Origin: Escherichia phage JS10
Length of the DNA: 64,000 nucleotides
Sequence record: EU863409
Direction: 5' to 3' (one strand)
The notes under the pieces were generated by a model. It worked only from the letters and a program-made list of their open reading frames with translations. It searched no databases and was not told where the DNA came from. The position numbers and the translations under genes are program-made. Below are positions 30,031 to 39,238 of this stretch, in pieces (position 1 is the stretch's first letter; every line of letters starts with the position of its first letter).

Positions 30031-32115
30031 TTACCCTTGGATGAATTTTTCTGGTATGTCATAGAGGTCTATGCATGAAGCCAAAAGAGGCAGTACGTCA
30101 AACCGTGTAGATTTAACAAATGAATCAAAAGATACAGGGCTTTCGGAAGTATCGAAGTCATCTTGGTATACGACCAACTCACCGGTTTCCATTAGTACGT
30201 CACCATCATACACTACAGATTCTTGAAGCTCATCCGTCGTCATAACTTCGGCTTGAACGAGTTTTGTATTACTAGATGTCGTTCCGTCATTATTAGAGGC
30301 ATCAGTTATTTTATTAACTTTGACCATCAATCCGCGTGGTAGAATAACTTCAGCTTCTGTTGCTATTCCAAGACTTCCTGGATATACCGCATTAACTTTA
30401 TGGGCTCCATCAATTGCCCATCCTATTTGAACTTTAACGTAATCAGGGTTTTCTTTATACGCTCTTATTTCATTAGGATTAATGGTTATTCCTTCTTCAT
30501 TTTTATCGACTGTCAATTCGTTGCGAACTTCCGGTTCTAAAAGACCAACCCCGGCATGTGTAACACCAAAACGTCCAAAAATGATAGGAGTCAGTGAAGT
30601 AGATACAAAATTTCTAAAATAAAATACCTTATTTTTAACTAGTGCTTCGTATATAGGAGCGGTCATACTCTGTGCACGATAAACTGTAATGCCTTCTGGT
30701 ATACGGTCACCATTTTCAAAAGCTGAATCAAGATTATTAACAGCAGATTCAATAGACCTTTCATTCATTACATCATAGTTCTGAGGATTATAACGTCCTA
30801 AAAGAAGATTATTGATGTCGGTATAACCTGAGCCGCAGTATTCTCTGATGCCGCGCTTTTGTGATGGGGTGTATTTAGAACCATCACGAGCGATAGTAAT
30901 ATCGACCATAATACCACCACCTACACCGGCAAAACTATAAATGCGTTTTTTAATGAACTTGGTCTTGGCCGCTTTCCACTTGGACTCGGTTAATTCATTC
31001 CAGACGTCGTCAGGTTGACCTTTACGAGTTTTGTTATGCATAGCCAGCCATTCGCCTTTATATTCTTCAAAAACCGTATTAATAACAGAGGCATATTTTT
31101 CTAGAGCTTTAACAGATGTCAAAGGTTCGTTTTTGATGGCTGTAAGAATTTTATCTTTAATTTTCTCTTGGATTTCACCTATACCGTGAAGAGGAAACAT
31201 TTTATATTCGTAATGCAATTCTTCAGCAGTGCCTTCAGCTACTATATTAGCAACTTTATTTTTAGCCGCAGGAGAATTGTTATTAGTGACCATTTCCTGT
31301 GCCTCAGGGATTAATGGAGCTGTTGCAGGTTTATTAAAATCTGCTGCAGTAGCTTCATATTTCTTAAACAGTTCACTTTCATTACGATAAGATTCTAAAG
31401 ACTGACTTGCTGCAATAGCGCGACGAGAAATCTTAGTCTTGGTTATAACCATTTTATCAGTGCGACGTTCTTCAACTTTAGCAATACTGCCGGCAATAGC
31501 AGTTTCTTTAGTAACCTGCACACCTTCTTTTTTAGAAATATAAACTTCACCAACATCAGAATCTACCTTAGTATACAATTCGGCATTAATTCCTGGCATA
31601 CCTTTGATATCTTCAATATCAGCTTGTTTACGAACTACTAGGATATAAGTATGTTTACCGGTAAATTGGTACATAGCCGGAACTACTTTGAAGCGTCCAC
31701 CAGTTTTTTGAGTTACCAGACGTTGGATAATCCGTTGGACAATAGGCCCTTGCCCTTTCATTTTCTTGGTTGGAAAACGGAACATCACAGCATCCATACG
31801 AAGCTTTTTAACTTGTTCGAATACTACGTCGAAAATGGTATTAATAGCATCAATAGGAGTAGGGCCTAAGCCGCCTTTAAGTTCGGCTGGAGAACCTTTA
31901 GCCGAAAGGCTCATAAGGATAACGTGGGCGTATTTATCACCTAATTTAACCTGTTTAATAGCATCGCCTTCAGAGGCATAAGATACCATACGAGCAACTA
32001 ATTGGGATTCGACATCACCAATCTTCCAAATCTGGGGTACTTTAAGTTTCGGGTTTAAGTTTACAGTAGGCAGCGTGCCTTCAGACTCAAACACTTCATT
32101 TAATTGTTCGGTCAT
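30031..32115 (-). CDS. alt: Alt-like ADP-ribosyltransferase, paralogue A
   Basis: 694 aa; ART motifs TVYRAQ, FVSTS, ATEAEVILPRG; 3-bp spacer to paralogue B. Confidence 0.8.
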   Translation of the reverse strand: MTEQLNEVFESEGTLPTVNLNPKLKVPQIWKIGDVESQLVARMVSYASEGDAIKQVKLGDKYAHVILMSLSAKGSPAELKGGLGPTPIDAINTIFDVVFEQVKKLRMDAVMFRFPTKKMKGQGPIVQRIIQRLVTQKTGGRFKVVPAMYQFTGKHTYILVVRKQADIEDIKGMPGINAELYTKVDSDVGEVYISKKEGVQVTKETAIAGSIAKVEERRTDKMVITKTKISRRAIAASQSLESYRNESELFKKYEATAADFNKPATAPLIPEAQEMVTNNNSPAAKNKVANIVAEGTAEELHYEYKMFPLHGIGEIQEKIKDKILTAIKNEPLTSVKALEKYASVINTVFEEYKGEWLAMHNKTRKGQPDDVWNELTESKWKAAKTKFIKKRIYSFAGVGGGIMVDITIARDGSKYTPSQKRGIREYCGSGYTDINNLLLGRYNPQNYDVMNERSIESAVNNLDSAFENGDRIPEGITVYRAQSMTAPIYEALVKNKVFYFRNFVSTSLTPIIFGRFGVTHAGVGLLEPEVRNELTVDKNEEGITINPNEIRAYKENPDYVKVQIGWAIDGAHKVNAVYPGSLGIATEAEVILPRGLMVKVNKITDASNNDGTTSSNTKLVQAEVMTTDELQESVVYDGDVLMETGELVVYQDDFDTSESPVSFDSFVKSTRFDVLPLLASCIDLYDIPEKFIQG

Positions 32116-32151
32116 AATAATTCCTCTTTAATAACCGTATTTATGCCATAA

Positions 32152-32167
32152 AAGGCCCGAAGGCCTT
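32152..32167 (-). terminator. hairpin AAGGCC-CGAA-GGCCTT upstream of alt
   Basis: perfect 6-bp stem, U-tract on the minus strand; followed by CATAAATA (32138..32145, 7/8 match to the late box) and an AAGAGGAA RBS. Confidence 0.4.
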
Positions 32168-32336
32168 AAAGTGGTAGCAACGTACGATATACTTCGAATG
32201 TCGGGCCTTTTTCATACCGGTCAAAAGTATCTTTGAAATCAGCAAAAGCTATTTCATCCTCAAACTCGAGGATGATTTGAGAGGCCGCGGTGGTGTTTGT
32301 ATTTGTTACAACAATTGTTTCTAAATAAGCTTTCAT
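32166..32336 (-). CDS. hypothetical small protein
   Basis: ORF 32166..32378; ATG at 32336 lies just after the ligase stop; weak RBS. Confidence 0.3.
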   Translation of the reverse strand: MKAYLETIVVTNTNTTAASQIILEFEDEIAFADFKDTFDRYEKGPTFEVYRTLLPL

Positions 32337-32337
32337 A

Positions 32338-33861
32338 TTATAGTCCAGTTTGAGACCAATCACCAAATACATCTTCAAATGTATCAGCTTCTGTTTTATC
32401 GAAACGCCAACCTTTAATAATTGGAAGGAAAATACCTACAGTATCAGTACGTCCTTTAGAATGAACCCAACCATTACATTCACAGTCAGCAATACGTCCA
32501 ATCAACTTACCTTCACGGGCTTGTTTCATAAGAAGTTCACGGTCTAAATCAGGACGGTCTTCTAATGGAATCAATACCTTTTTACCTGATTTATCTTTCT
32601 TATGGGTAGTATCTTTAAAACCTGAACCACAGTCAGATGTAATTCGACGACACCGCGATACCAGCTCGACACCACCAAGTTTGTTTGGGTCTTTAGAGTG
32701 TTCATAATAACCTACCACTTCTAAAGCGATATCGATTACTTCTTTGAACTTGATAAGATTCTTAGAACGGCGGTTTTCCCAGTAGGAGTCCATGTTCTTA
32801 AGGATAATACCTTCCAGGCCTTGGTCGACATATTTCTTATAAACAACTTTAGCTTCGTCAAGATTATTAACCCATTGGTTTTCGATAGCTTCAACACGCG
32901 TTGTACCATGCAATACGACATTATGAGCAACCATAAGTTCTAAGGCTGCAAAGCGTACATCATACTTATCGCCTTTAATTTTACCTTCGGAATATACGAC
33001 ATCCAATGGGACATAATCCCACGCCTGTAATACCATACCTGCTGCTTCGGTTGGAGTAATAGTTCCTTGAAGAGCCTTGTTAGCCAACCCGTTTGAAGTA
33101 GAACGATCGGCTACGGTTTGGAATTCCTTGGCTTTACTTAATTCAGGAAGTTCCTCATCAAACATACTAAACAAATCATTAGACGCTTTAGGTTCTACTT
33201 TAGGAGTGTGGTAAACTAATTCACCGTCAATCATAACACCATTAGGATGGCGCTGTCGAGCTTCTTCAGTCATGGCCATTAATTCAGCCGCCAAAAGATT
33301 AAGCCCTTGGTATTCATTACCACCGCGAGTAAGGAATGTTACGCCATCGTTACGAACTTCAGCAAAACAACGAGCACCGTCAGCTTTTAATTGGGCGAAC
33401 GCAGGCCATTTAATATTTTTCTTAATCAAATCTTCATCATAAGAACTAGCCAACATTTGAGGTTGTTCAGGGATTAAACCTTTCCAAACCTTGTTAGCAA
33501 TAGAAATCGATGCACCACATTCAAGGTCACGCATCATTACGCGACGTAATACCTCAGCGTCAGGACCCTTAGCATCGGCAATAATTTGGGCAAGCTCTTC
33601 AATAGCAGCATTACCCGTAATCTTACGGGTGGCTAATGTGAACTCGGCGAAATCAAGAAGGTCTTCAAGAGTAATCATACCAAAGGATTGAGACGTAAAT
33701 CCAGGTTCAGGCCACTTTTTAATACCGTAGTTTAAACGACGGGTATAAGCCATACGATATACACGTTTCAGAAGCTCGTTATCCTTTTCACGAGCAATAA
33801 TAGCTTCTTTAGATTTAGTAGAATCAATAGAAGCAATTTCGTTTAAAATATCTAAAATCAT
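32338..33861 (-). CDS. 30: ATP-dependent DNA ligase gp30
   Basis: 507 aa; adenylation motif KADGARC; position next to alt as in T4. Confidence 0.9.
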   Translation of the reverse strand: MILDILNEIASIDSTKSKEAIIAREKDNELLKRVYRMAYTRRLNYGIKKWPEPGFTSQSFGMITLEDLLDFAEFTLATRKITGNAAIEELAQIIADAKGPDAEVLRRVMMRDLECGASISIANKVWKGLIPEQPQMLASSYDEDLIKKNIKWPAFAQLKADGARCFAEVRNDGVTFLTRGGNEYQGLNLLAAELMAMTEEARQRHPNGVMIDGELVYHTPKVEPKASNDLFSMFDEELPELSKAKEFQTVADRSTSNGLANKALQGTITPTEAAGMVLQAWDYVPLDVVYSEGKIKGDKYDVRFAALELMVAHNVVLHGTTRVEAIENQWVNNLDEAKVVYKKYVDQGLEGIILKNMDSYWENRRSKNLIKFKEVIDIALEVVGYYEHSKDPNKLGGVELVSRCRRITSDCGSGFKDTTHKKDKSGKKVLIPLEDRPDLDRELLMKQAREGKLIGRIADCECNGWVHSKGRTDTVGIFLPIIKGWRFDKTEADTFEDVFGDWSQTGL

Positions 33862-34121
33862 TTTACCGTCCTTACAGTTTGTGTACTTCTATTATAAGCT
33901 ACTTCATCTAAAAGCTCATTTAAAGTTTTGTGATACGATATAATACGCTTATCTTTAATATCATATTCAGTAACATACATAAATCCACGCCGAACACATT
34001 GGATAAAGATATCTTCATCTTTGGCTTGGAAATATACAGGATTCAATCGAAGGAATTGTCTAAAGTTTCCATAATCATGGGATTTAGGGATTCCATCAGT
34101 AATAGTATGAACAACAAACAT
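33858..34121 (-). CDS. hypothetical protein (30.1-like position)
   Basis: ORF 33858..34154; ATG at 34121 with GAGG RBS, just after the upstream stop. Confidence 0.4.
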   Translation of the reverse strand: MFVVHTITDGIPKSHDYGNFRQFLRLNPVYFQAKDEDIFIQCVRRGFMYVTEYDIKDKRIISYHKTLNELLDEVAYNRSTQTVRTVK

Positions 34122-34122
34122 A

Positions 34123-34761
34123 TTAACCTCGTGCAATCCATTCAACGGCTGCATTATTACGAAGGGATTCGATTGCTGCGATATCGTCCCATGAATTAAC
34201 CTTTACGGCTAAATTAGGTTTAAAGTCGCGTTCACCACGGGCTAACCAATAAACTTGGATATCCATGAGAATATTAGATGCAGCATCACAGTGGTGAGCC
34301 AAATCGTCAACATAAAACTTAATGCGTTTGCCGTACGTATTTTTAGCTCTTATGAACAGGTCTTCTTTTGATTCTGAATGACCACACATCAGAATCTCCT
34401 TGAATGCGCCAGGGAACAAAGCATTCAAATTGAATTGTCTATTCAGCAGAGCATCAATTGAGTCGCCTAGCGCAGTCACGGCCACAAAATCGAAGTCTTT
34501 TTTGAGCTTGTTGATGTGTTTTAATGCGTCCATGTAAGGGGACAGATAACGAATAAAATCCGACTGATTATATTTCTCAATTAAACGTGCGCCTAATTCG
34601 TCGTCACAATTAAACAGTTCGCCTGGAGATAAGAAACGTTCGTCCTGAATCATATTCAAAATATGTTCTAAAGGCAAATTATATTTCTGTGCGAAATAAG
34701 GCAAGCCGGACTGCCAACTTAAACATACTCCATCGATATCTGTTAAGATAACTGGTTTCAT
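34123..34761 (-). CDS. HAD-superfamily phosphatase-like protein
   Basis: 212 aa; N-terminal LTDIDGV (HAD motif I) and FYVDD near the C-terminus. Confidence 0.55.
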   Translation of the reverse strand: MKPVILTDIDGVCLSWQSGLPYFAQKYNLPLEHILNMIQDERFLSPGELFNCDDELGARLIEKYNQSDFIRYLSPYMDALKHINKLKKDFDFVAVTALGDSIDALLNRQFNLNALFPGAFKEILMCGHSESKEDLFIRAKNTYGKRIKFYVDDLAHHCDAASNILMDIQVYWLARGERDFKPNLAVKVNSWDDIAAIESLRNNAAVEWIARG

Positions 34762-35225
34762 AATAAATCTCTCAATTTGTTTAGGATGTCGATAAACTCT
34801 TTTTCAGTTAGTATTGTATCACATTCTTTGAGGTGGCTTGCCATTGAATGCTTTAAAACCTTACCTTTAGTGGCTTGTAAAGCTTCTCGGAATCCTTTGT
34901 TCTGGAGCGCTGCTTCAAAATACGCACTTTCGTAAAGCTCTTTCCACGCTTCGGAATATCTTGAAAACGGGGTTCCAAGCCAGAACAACGTGCCACGGTC
35001 CTGAGCTCTAGCATAAGCTCGTCCAGCTTTTTGCGCGTCTAACCCGGACATCCTAAATATACGTCTTTGTTGTTCAACATTTTTCACCTTACACCCTTGG
35101 AGGAATCCTTCGAGTCCACCAAATTGGATACCATCCATAACGAAAGGCCATTTAGCAAAGTTACTTAATGCACATGATGGCCACGGAAAGTTACTTCTAA
35201 TTTCTAACTCAGACATCTTTGACAC
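34758..35225 (-). CDS. NADAR/YbiA-family (DUF1768-like) protein, 30.3-like
   Basis: 155 aa; LSNFAKWPFVMDG...F segment resembles E. coli YbiA (DFSNFAAWPIKVDG) as recalled. Confidence 0.5.
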   Translation of the reverse strand: MSKMSELEIRSNFPWPSCALSNFAKWPFVMDGIQFGGLEGFLQGCKVKNVEQQRRIFRMSGLDAQKAGRAYARAQDRGTLFWLGTPFSRYSEAWKELYESAYFEAALQNKGFREALQATKGKVLKHSMASHLKECDTILTEKEFIDILNKLRDLL

Positions 35226-35424
35226 TTATAATTTCAACATCGGCCCAATAACCATAACCCGGCAGTCGGTCTTCAATGGATAAACCACCGTCATGTTTAG
35301 GCATTTTAATTGTCATGATATAAGGTTCTAAATGGTCCGCCGTATGAGGAGAAACATCAGTCACACGATAAGTCACTTCAACCATTTCCGTACCTAACAA
35401 TTTCTGAATCAGTTTCTTAACCAT
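35209..35424 (-). CDS. hypothetical protein
   Basis: 71-aa ORF in a tight minus-strand gene array. Confidence 0.4.
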   Translation of the reverse strand: MVKKLIQKLLGTEMVEVTYRVTDVSPHTADHLEPYIMTIKMPKHDGGLSIEDRLPGYGYWADVEIISVKDV

Positions 35425-35425
35425 A

Positions 35426-35620
35426 TTATCCTCGCTTCAAACATTTGATTACAGACAATTCAGAACCCATGCGCACGTCTTCAGTGCCATCGACCCATAG
35501 GACCGTGTAGGCTTCTTTAATAGTAGCATTACCCAATTTAAAAGCAGGTAAAACCTTTGAAATCATACCAGGAATACCAACGCCTTTTAACTGAACGGTT
35601 TGTGATAAGAATAGTTGCAT
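35426..35620 (-). CDS. hypothetical protein
   Basis: 64-aa ORF in a tight minus-strand gene array. Confidence 0.4.
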   Translation of the reverse strand: MQLFLSQTVQLKGVGIPGMISKVLPAFKLGNATIKEAYTVLWVDGTEDVRMGSELSVIKCLKRG

Positions 35621-35907
35621 TAGAACCTCATCTGAAATCCATGTGATTTAACATTACCGCCGTAGATGTCAGAAGTATTGACTTCGCGGGCAGCGCTAGG
35701 GTCGATGTTAATATCATGGTTGAGCTTAGTGATTGCTAGGGTGTCACGACCATTGACTGTACGGAATTCTACTGGACAAACCACATCAGCATAGGCCTTA
35801 ATGGATTCACGAGTAGGCTGTTTGTCAGCAGGAACATCTTTACCTGCCTTAGAGAAAACAACTTCACAGAAATTTTTACGAGTATCGAAATAAGTGGTCA
35901 TAAACAT
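35620..35907 (-). CDS. hypothetical protein
   Basis: 95-aa ORF; GAGGAAA RBS and an early-promoter cassette upstream. Confidence 0.5.
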   Translation of the reverse strand: MFMTTYFDTRKNFCEVVFSKAGKDVPADKQPTRESIKAYADVVCPVEFRTVNGRDTLAITKLNHDINIDPSAAREVNTSDIYGGNVKSHGFQMRF

Positions 35908-35966
35908 AATATTTTTTCCTCATCAGTTGATAGGTCTATAGTATCATGCCTACTGGAGATGTATAC
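35905..35966 (-). promoter_or_regulatory. early promoter cassette copy 3
   Basis: GTATACA-N16-TACTATAGACCTATCAAC ... ATGAGGAAAAAATATT-ATG. Confidence 0.5.
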
Positions 35967-35983
35967 CCTTTTTTAAAGATTTA

Positions 35984-36001
35984 GAAACAAAAATGGGACT
36001 C
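35984..36001 (-). terminator. hairpin GGGACTC-CGAA-GAGTCCC
   Basis: perfect 7-bp stem, followed by ATTTTT on the minus strand, directly 3' of the 53-aa ORF. Confidence 0.55.
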
Positions 36002-36017
36002 CGAAGAGTCCCATAAC

Positions 36018-36179
36018 TTATGCAATAACTTTACCGAAGCAAGCAGCATCTGCACGCAATACTGCACGAGCACGAGCTTGAAGCTTATCAACTACCTGAT
36101 TGATACGCTTGTTAGACGCACGCTTGTAACCAGCGCGTTTAGAGGTTCCGTCAACTACTTTAACTTCTTTCTTAGCCAT
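36018..36179 (-). CDS. hypothetical 53-aa basic protein
   Basis: translated by hand: MAKKEVKVVDGTSKRAGYKRASNKRINQVVDKLQARARAVLRADAACFGKVIA; AAGAGA RBS; terminator hairpin just 3'. Confidence 0.35.
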   Translation of the reverse strand: MAKKEVKVVDGTSKRAGYKRASNKRINQVVDKLQARARAVLRADAACFGKVIA

Positions 36180-36533
36180 TTTTTAAATCTCTTAAATTAG
36201 GATGCAGGACTTATTGACATTGCCTGCGCAAGCCCTCAAGGGGAACATAGGTTTTAGATATTTAACGACAGGATAACCGTAAACCTCGTCATCATAGCTC
36301 TTATCTGTTGCACACCGTTAGCTTAAAGGTTCCGGGTTCGATTTCTCGAGGATAAGATATATACTGATGGATATATAGGCCTTGAGGCGTACTCCCGATT
36401 GGCCATCACCTCGGGGTAGCATGCACTTGCCGCTATAAAATACCATTCAAGAGGTACACCGTAAAACTGCTGTGGTCTTAAAACTATAATGATTCGCAAA
36501 TCATTAATCAGACAGTTCGACGGCTCCTCGATT

Positions 36534-36782
36534 TTACTTCAGGGTAATAATAAAATGACGTACTGCTTTACGAGCTGCTGAAGCCAAAGGCTTAGCATAT
36601 TTCAGTTCATCTTTTGCTTCCAGTTCAGCAGCCAGAGCGGCCTGAGCCGGATTAAGATGTTTGAAATAACGCAGGATTTCCAGTGCTTCGGCTTCAACAT
36701 CAATAGATGCGCCGTAGTTTTCGTGACCGTTGTTCCAAGCGTTGCGTTGCAGTTCAAGAGCGTGATTCAGATGTTTGTTCAT
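36534..36782 (-). CDS. rIII: rIII (lysis inhibition accessory protein)
   Basis: ORF 36534..36836; internal start MNKHLNHALE gives 82 aa (the T4 rIII length); next to gene 31 as in T4. Confidence 0.65.
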   Translation of the reverse strand: MNKHLNHALELQRNAWNNGHENYGASIDVEAEALEILRYFKHLNPAQAALAAELEAKDELKYAKPLASAARKAVRHFIITLK

Positions 36783-36920
36783 TTTAAATTCTCGATTCGA
36801 GATAAAGATTGGTGGACACGTTCTTCTGAATTTCACTTCCTTTCGGCAAGTCTCTCAGTTGTAGTCCACCGCTTAGGATTCTCCGGTTAACTAACTAGTC
36901 CGGCAGCCAATCCATATTAT

Positions 36921-36928
36921 TATTTATA
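36921..36928 (-). promoter_or_regulatory. late-promoter-like TATAAATA on the minus strand between 31 and rIII
   Basis: exact box on the minus strand, about 140 bp upstream of the rIII ATG. Confidence 0.35.
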
Positions 36929-37252
36929 TCACTTATAAAGACACGGAATAGCTTTATAGTGACAGGTAACGAATTTCTGTTTAATTTCTTTAGGCTGTTT
37001 AATACCTAATGCAACTAAAGGATGTGGCACGTTAGCAATCTTACCAACAGGAAGTGGAGTCAAATCACCTACTTCACAAAAACCTTCAGGGACATCGGGT
37101 CCTACAGAATAAATTTCACAAAGTTCAGGGATTTCACCTTGATGAAGTTTGCCAATAACGATACCAGATGCAGTAGTTTCTTCATCACCAGCTTGTTTTG
37201 GTTCGGAAACGAGAATAACATATTCTCCGACCGCTTTAATAGGAAGTTCCAT
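36929..37252 (-). CDS. 31: co-chaperonin gp31 (GroES analogue)
   Basis: 107 aa; near-identical to T4 gp31 as recalled ([56 protein letters not shown]). Confidence 0.92.
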   Translation of the reverse strand: MELPIKAVGEYVILVSEPKQAGDEETTASGIVIGKLHQGEIPELCEIYSVGPDVPEGFCEVGDLTPLPVGKIANVPHPLVALGIKQPKEIKQKFVTCHYKAIPCLYK

Positions 37253-37310
37253 ATTTAATCCATGTTGTTTTGTTGATAGATTAATAATAACACGCTATTC
37301 TTAAAGCATA

Positions 37311-37577
37311 TTACAGGACAAGCAGAGTTTCAGTCTGAAGCCCATTAATAGAAATCAGTTTATCGAAACGGAACGAGCGCCAGTCATTAACCTTGGTATC
37401 AAATACACGAATATAATTAACCGGTTCTTTATTAGCTTCTGGGCCCGGTGCTTGAATTTCTTTATACGGGAGAAGGTCCAGGTCGCGAGTACATGTCATA
37501 CGACGAACGCTACCATCCGCCTTTTCAAACAGAACTTCGTGAGTACCCCACGGACAGAATAGTCTTAGCTTTTTCAC
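37311..37577 (-). CDS. hypothetical protein (31.1-like position)
   Basis: 88-aa ORF. Confidence 0.4.
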   Translation of the reverse strand: MKKLRLFCPWGTHEVLFEKADGSVRRMTCTRDLDLLPYKEIQAPGPEANKEPVNYIRVFDTKVNDWRSFRFDKLISINGLQTETLLVL

Positions 37578-37613
37578 GGAGTCGAATAGTTTCTTGTTCA
37601 GTTAAAATCATAA

Positions 37614-37847
37614 TTATTCCAGAATAGTTTTAATAGTGGTTGCATTACGCTCTTTTAGAGCTCTTAATAGGCTATGGCAATTATCAAGAATAGGCACCGT
37701 TTTGTATTTCATGTTGGCATAAACCCACTCAGATTTATAGTACGATTTCCATCGAGAGAAAAAGTACTTTTTGTATTCTACTGAATAGGCTACTAAGCTT
37801 TCACCTTTTGAATTCAGACCTGAAAACTTAACTAGACGAAATTTCAT
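37614..37847 (-). CDS. hypothetical protein (31.2-like position)
   Basis: 77-aa ORF. Confidence 0.4.
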   Translation of the reverse strand: MKFRLVKFSGLNSKGESLVAYSVEYKKYFFSRWKSYYKSEWVYANMKYKTVPILDNCHSLLRALKERNATTIKTILE

Positions 37848-38392
37848 TATTCACCACAATAGTTTTGAATTGATTCCCAGTTCAGAGAACGGAGACCGGT
37901 ACGGTTATACTGGATAACTTCGATGCCGGATTCACGGAGGATATCATCCCACCCTTCAGGATTTCGGTCATAGAGTTCAGCATAAACCAGCGTTTTAATT
38001 CCGGACTGCGCAATAGACTTAGCACAATCTGCACATGGGGACAGTGTCACATACATCGTAGCACCGTCAATAGAACTTCCTGTACGAGCTGCGAACAGGA
38101 TAGCATTCAGTTCAGCATGGATTTCATTTTTGGATGACCATGCGGCATGAGCCATACGATGTTCTTTAAGAAGAATCGATTTATGGGACATTCGTGCCGT
38201 GTCATACACAACACGAGTCCAGTCCTGTTCCACTGCATGGTCACAACAGTTAACACCACCAGACGGAGAACCATTATACCCTGTAGAAATAATGCGACCA
38301 TTCTTTTCAATAACCGCGCCCACTTTCCATGAACAACATTTTGATTCCTGAGAAATCAGATAGGCAATCTGAAGATATGTACTTGCTTTCAT
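37847..38392 (-). CDS. cd: dCMP deaminase
   Basis: 181 aa; zinc-binding deaminase motifs HAELNA and PCADC; position as in T4. Confidence 0.9.
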   Translation of the reverse strand: MKASTYLQIAYLISQESKCCSWKVGAVIEKNGRIISTGYNGSPSGGVNCCDHAVEQDWTRVVYDTARMSHKSILLKEHRMAHAAWSSKNEIHAELNAILFAARTGSSIDGATMYVTLSPCADCAKSIAQSGIKTLVYAELYDRNPEGWDDILRESGIEVIQYNRTGLRSLNWESIQNYCGE

Positions 38393-38622
38393 TCTACGAA
38401 CACTCGCTGCGCTTCGACCAGACCATCAGAACCAAGTTTTAACTGGGTAATCTGGCCGCCATTTTTAGGATTAACGATAACCAATACCGCACGTGGTGAT
38501 TCCTGGATTACTCGCAGAGTCGCATCAGGAAAACGTACAGAAACCTTATTAATCAGGGCCTGAGCAAATTCTTTAACTTTAACTTGAAACTGCTCTACAG
38601 TAATAGGTTGTTCGCTCAGCAT
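38389..38622 (-). CDS. hypothetical protein (cd.1-like position)
   Basis: 77-aa ORF overlapping neighbours by 4 bp. Confidence 0.4.
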   Translation of the reverse strand: MLSEQPITVEQFQVKVKEFAQALINKVSVRFPDATLRVIQESPRAVLVIVNPKNGGQITQLKLGSDGLVEAQRVFVE

Positions 38623-39176
38623 TAGATGGTCTCCAACTTAAGTTGTTTGGTAGTGGTAGCTTGGGTAACGTCGCCTTTAACAATATAACACACTTGGTGG
38701 AACGAACTGGTCAAAAGCTCTTCGGCTTGACGGTCGGCTTGTTCCTTTGTGTTATGGCGAGAATGAACTTCAATCTTACCATTTTTAATGATAAGCACTT
38801 TCCAATCCGCGGTGGCTTTTACCGGTTTAGGTCCACCATTTTCAGAAATACTCACCGAGGCCAGTGGACGTACTACTTCAATAAAGTATTCGAATTCATG
38901 GCCAAAAAGGCCTGTTGAATTAAAAAGAACAGCATTTACATCATCAGGATTACCTGTGATTTTGCTCGGGTCGACAAACATCATCTCGTCATATACACGA
39001 ATTCGGCTTACACGTTCACGCCCATTATGGTAATCAATTTCAACTTCAAACGGATTCATACCTACATACTTGGCAAAAGCTGTATTGAGGCCATAAGAGC
39101 CGTTATTAGTGAATTTGTTTTTAGTGTATTCGCTAATGAACTTATAAAACTTACGCTCTTCAAAGAACTTACCCAT
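38622..39176 (-). CDS. hypothetical 184-aa protein
   Basis: ORF 38622..39287; start at MGKFFEE (39176) downstream of an early-promoter cassette and ATGAGGAAATCGAA-ATG. Confidence 0.5.
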   Translation of the reverse strand: MGKFFEERKFYKFISEYTKNKFTNNGSYGLNTAFAKYVGMNPFEVEIDYHNGRERVSRIRVYDEMMFVDPSKITGNPDDVNAVLFNSTGLFGHEFEYFIEVVRPLASVSISENGGPKPVKATADWKVLIIKNGKIEVHSRHNTKEQADRQAEELLTSSFHQVCYIVKGDVTQATTTKQLKLETI

Positions 39177-39236
39177 TTCGATTTCCTCATTTGTTTCGGT
39201 AGGACTACTATACCACAGTCCTACCATGATGTAAAC
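39174..39236 (-). promoter_or_regulatory. early promoter cassette copy 4, with 9-bp stem GGTAGGACT/AGTCCTACC
   Basis: GTTTACA-N17-TATAGT ... ATGAGGAAATCGAA-ATG. Confidence 0.5.
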
Positions 39237-39238
39237 AC

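Noticed and set aside
36330-36350. tRNA-like T-loop string GGGTTCGATTTC
   Set aside because: Flanking bases cannot form a T-stem or acceptor stem in either orientation; no cloverleaf could be built by hand. Kept only as part of the non-coding gap finding.
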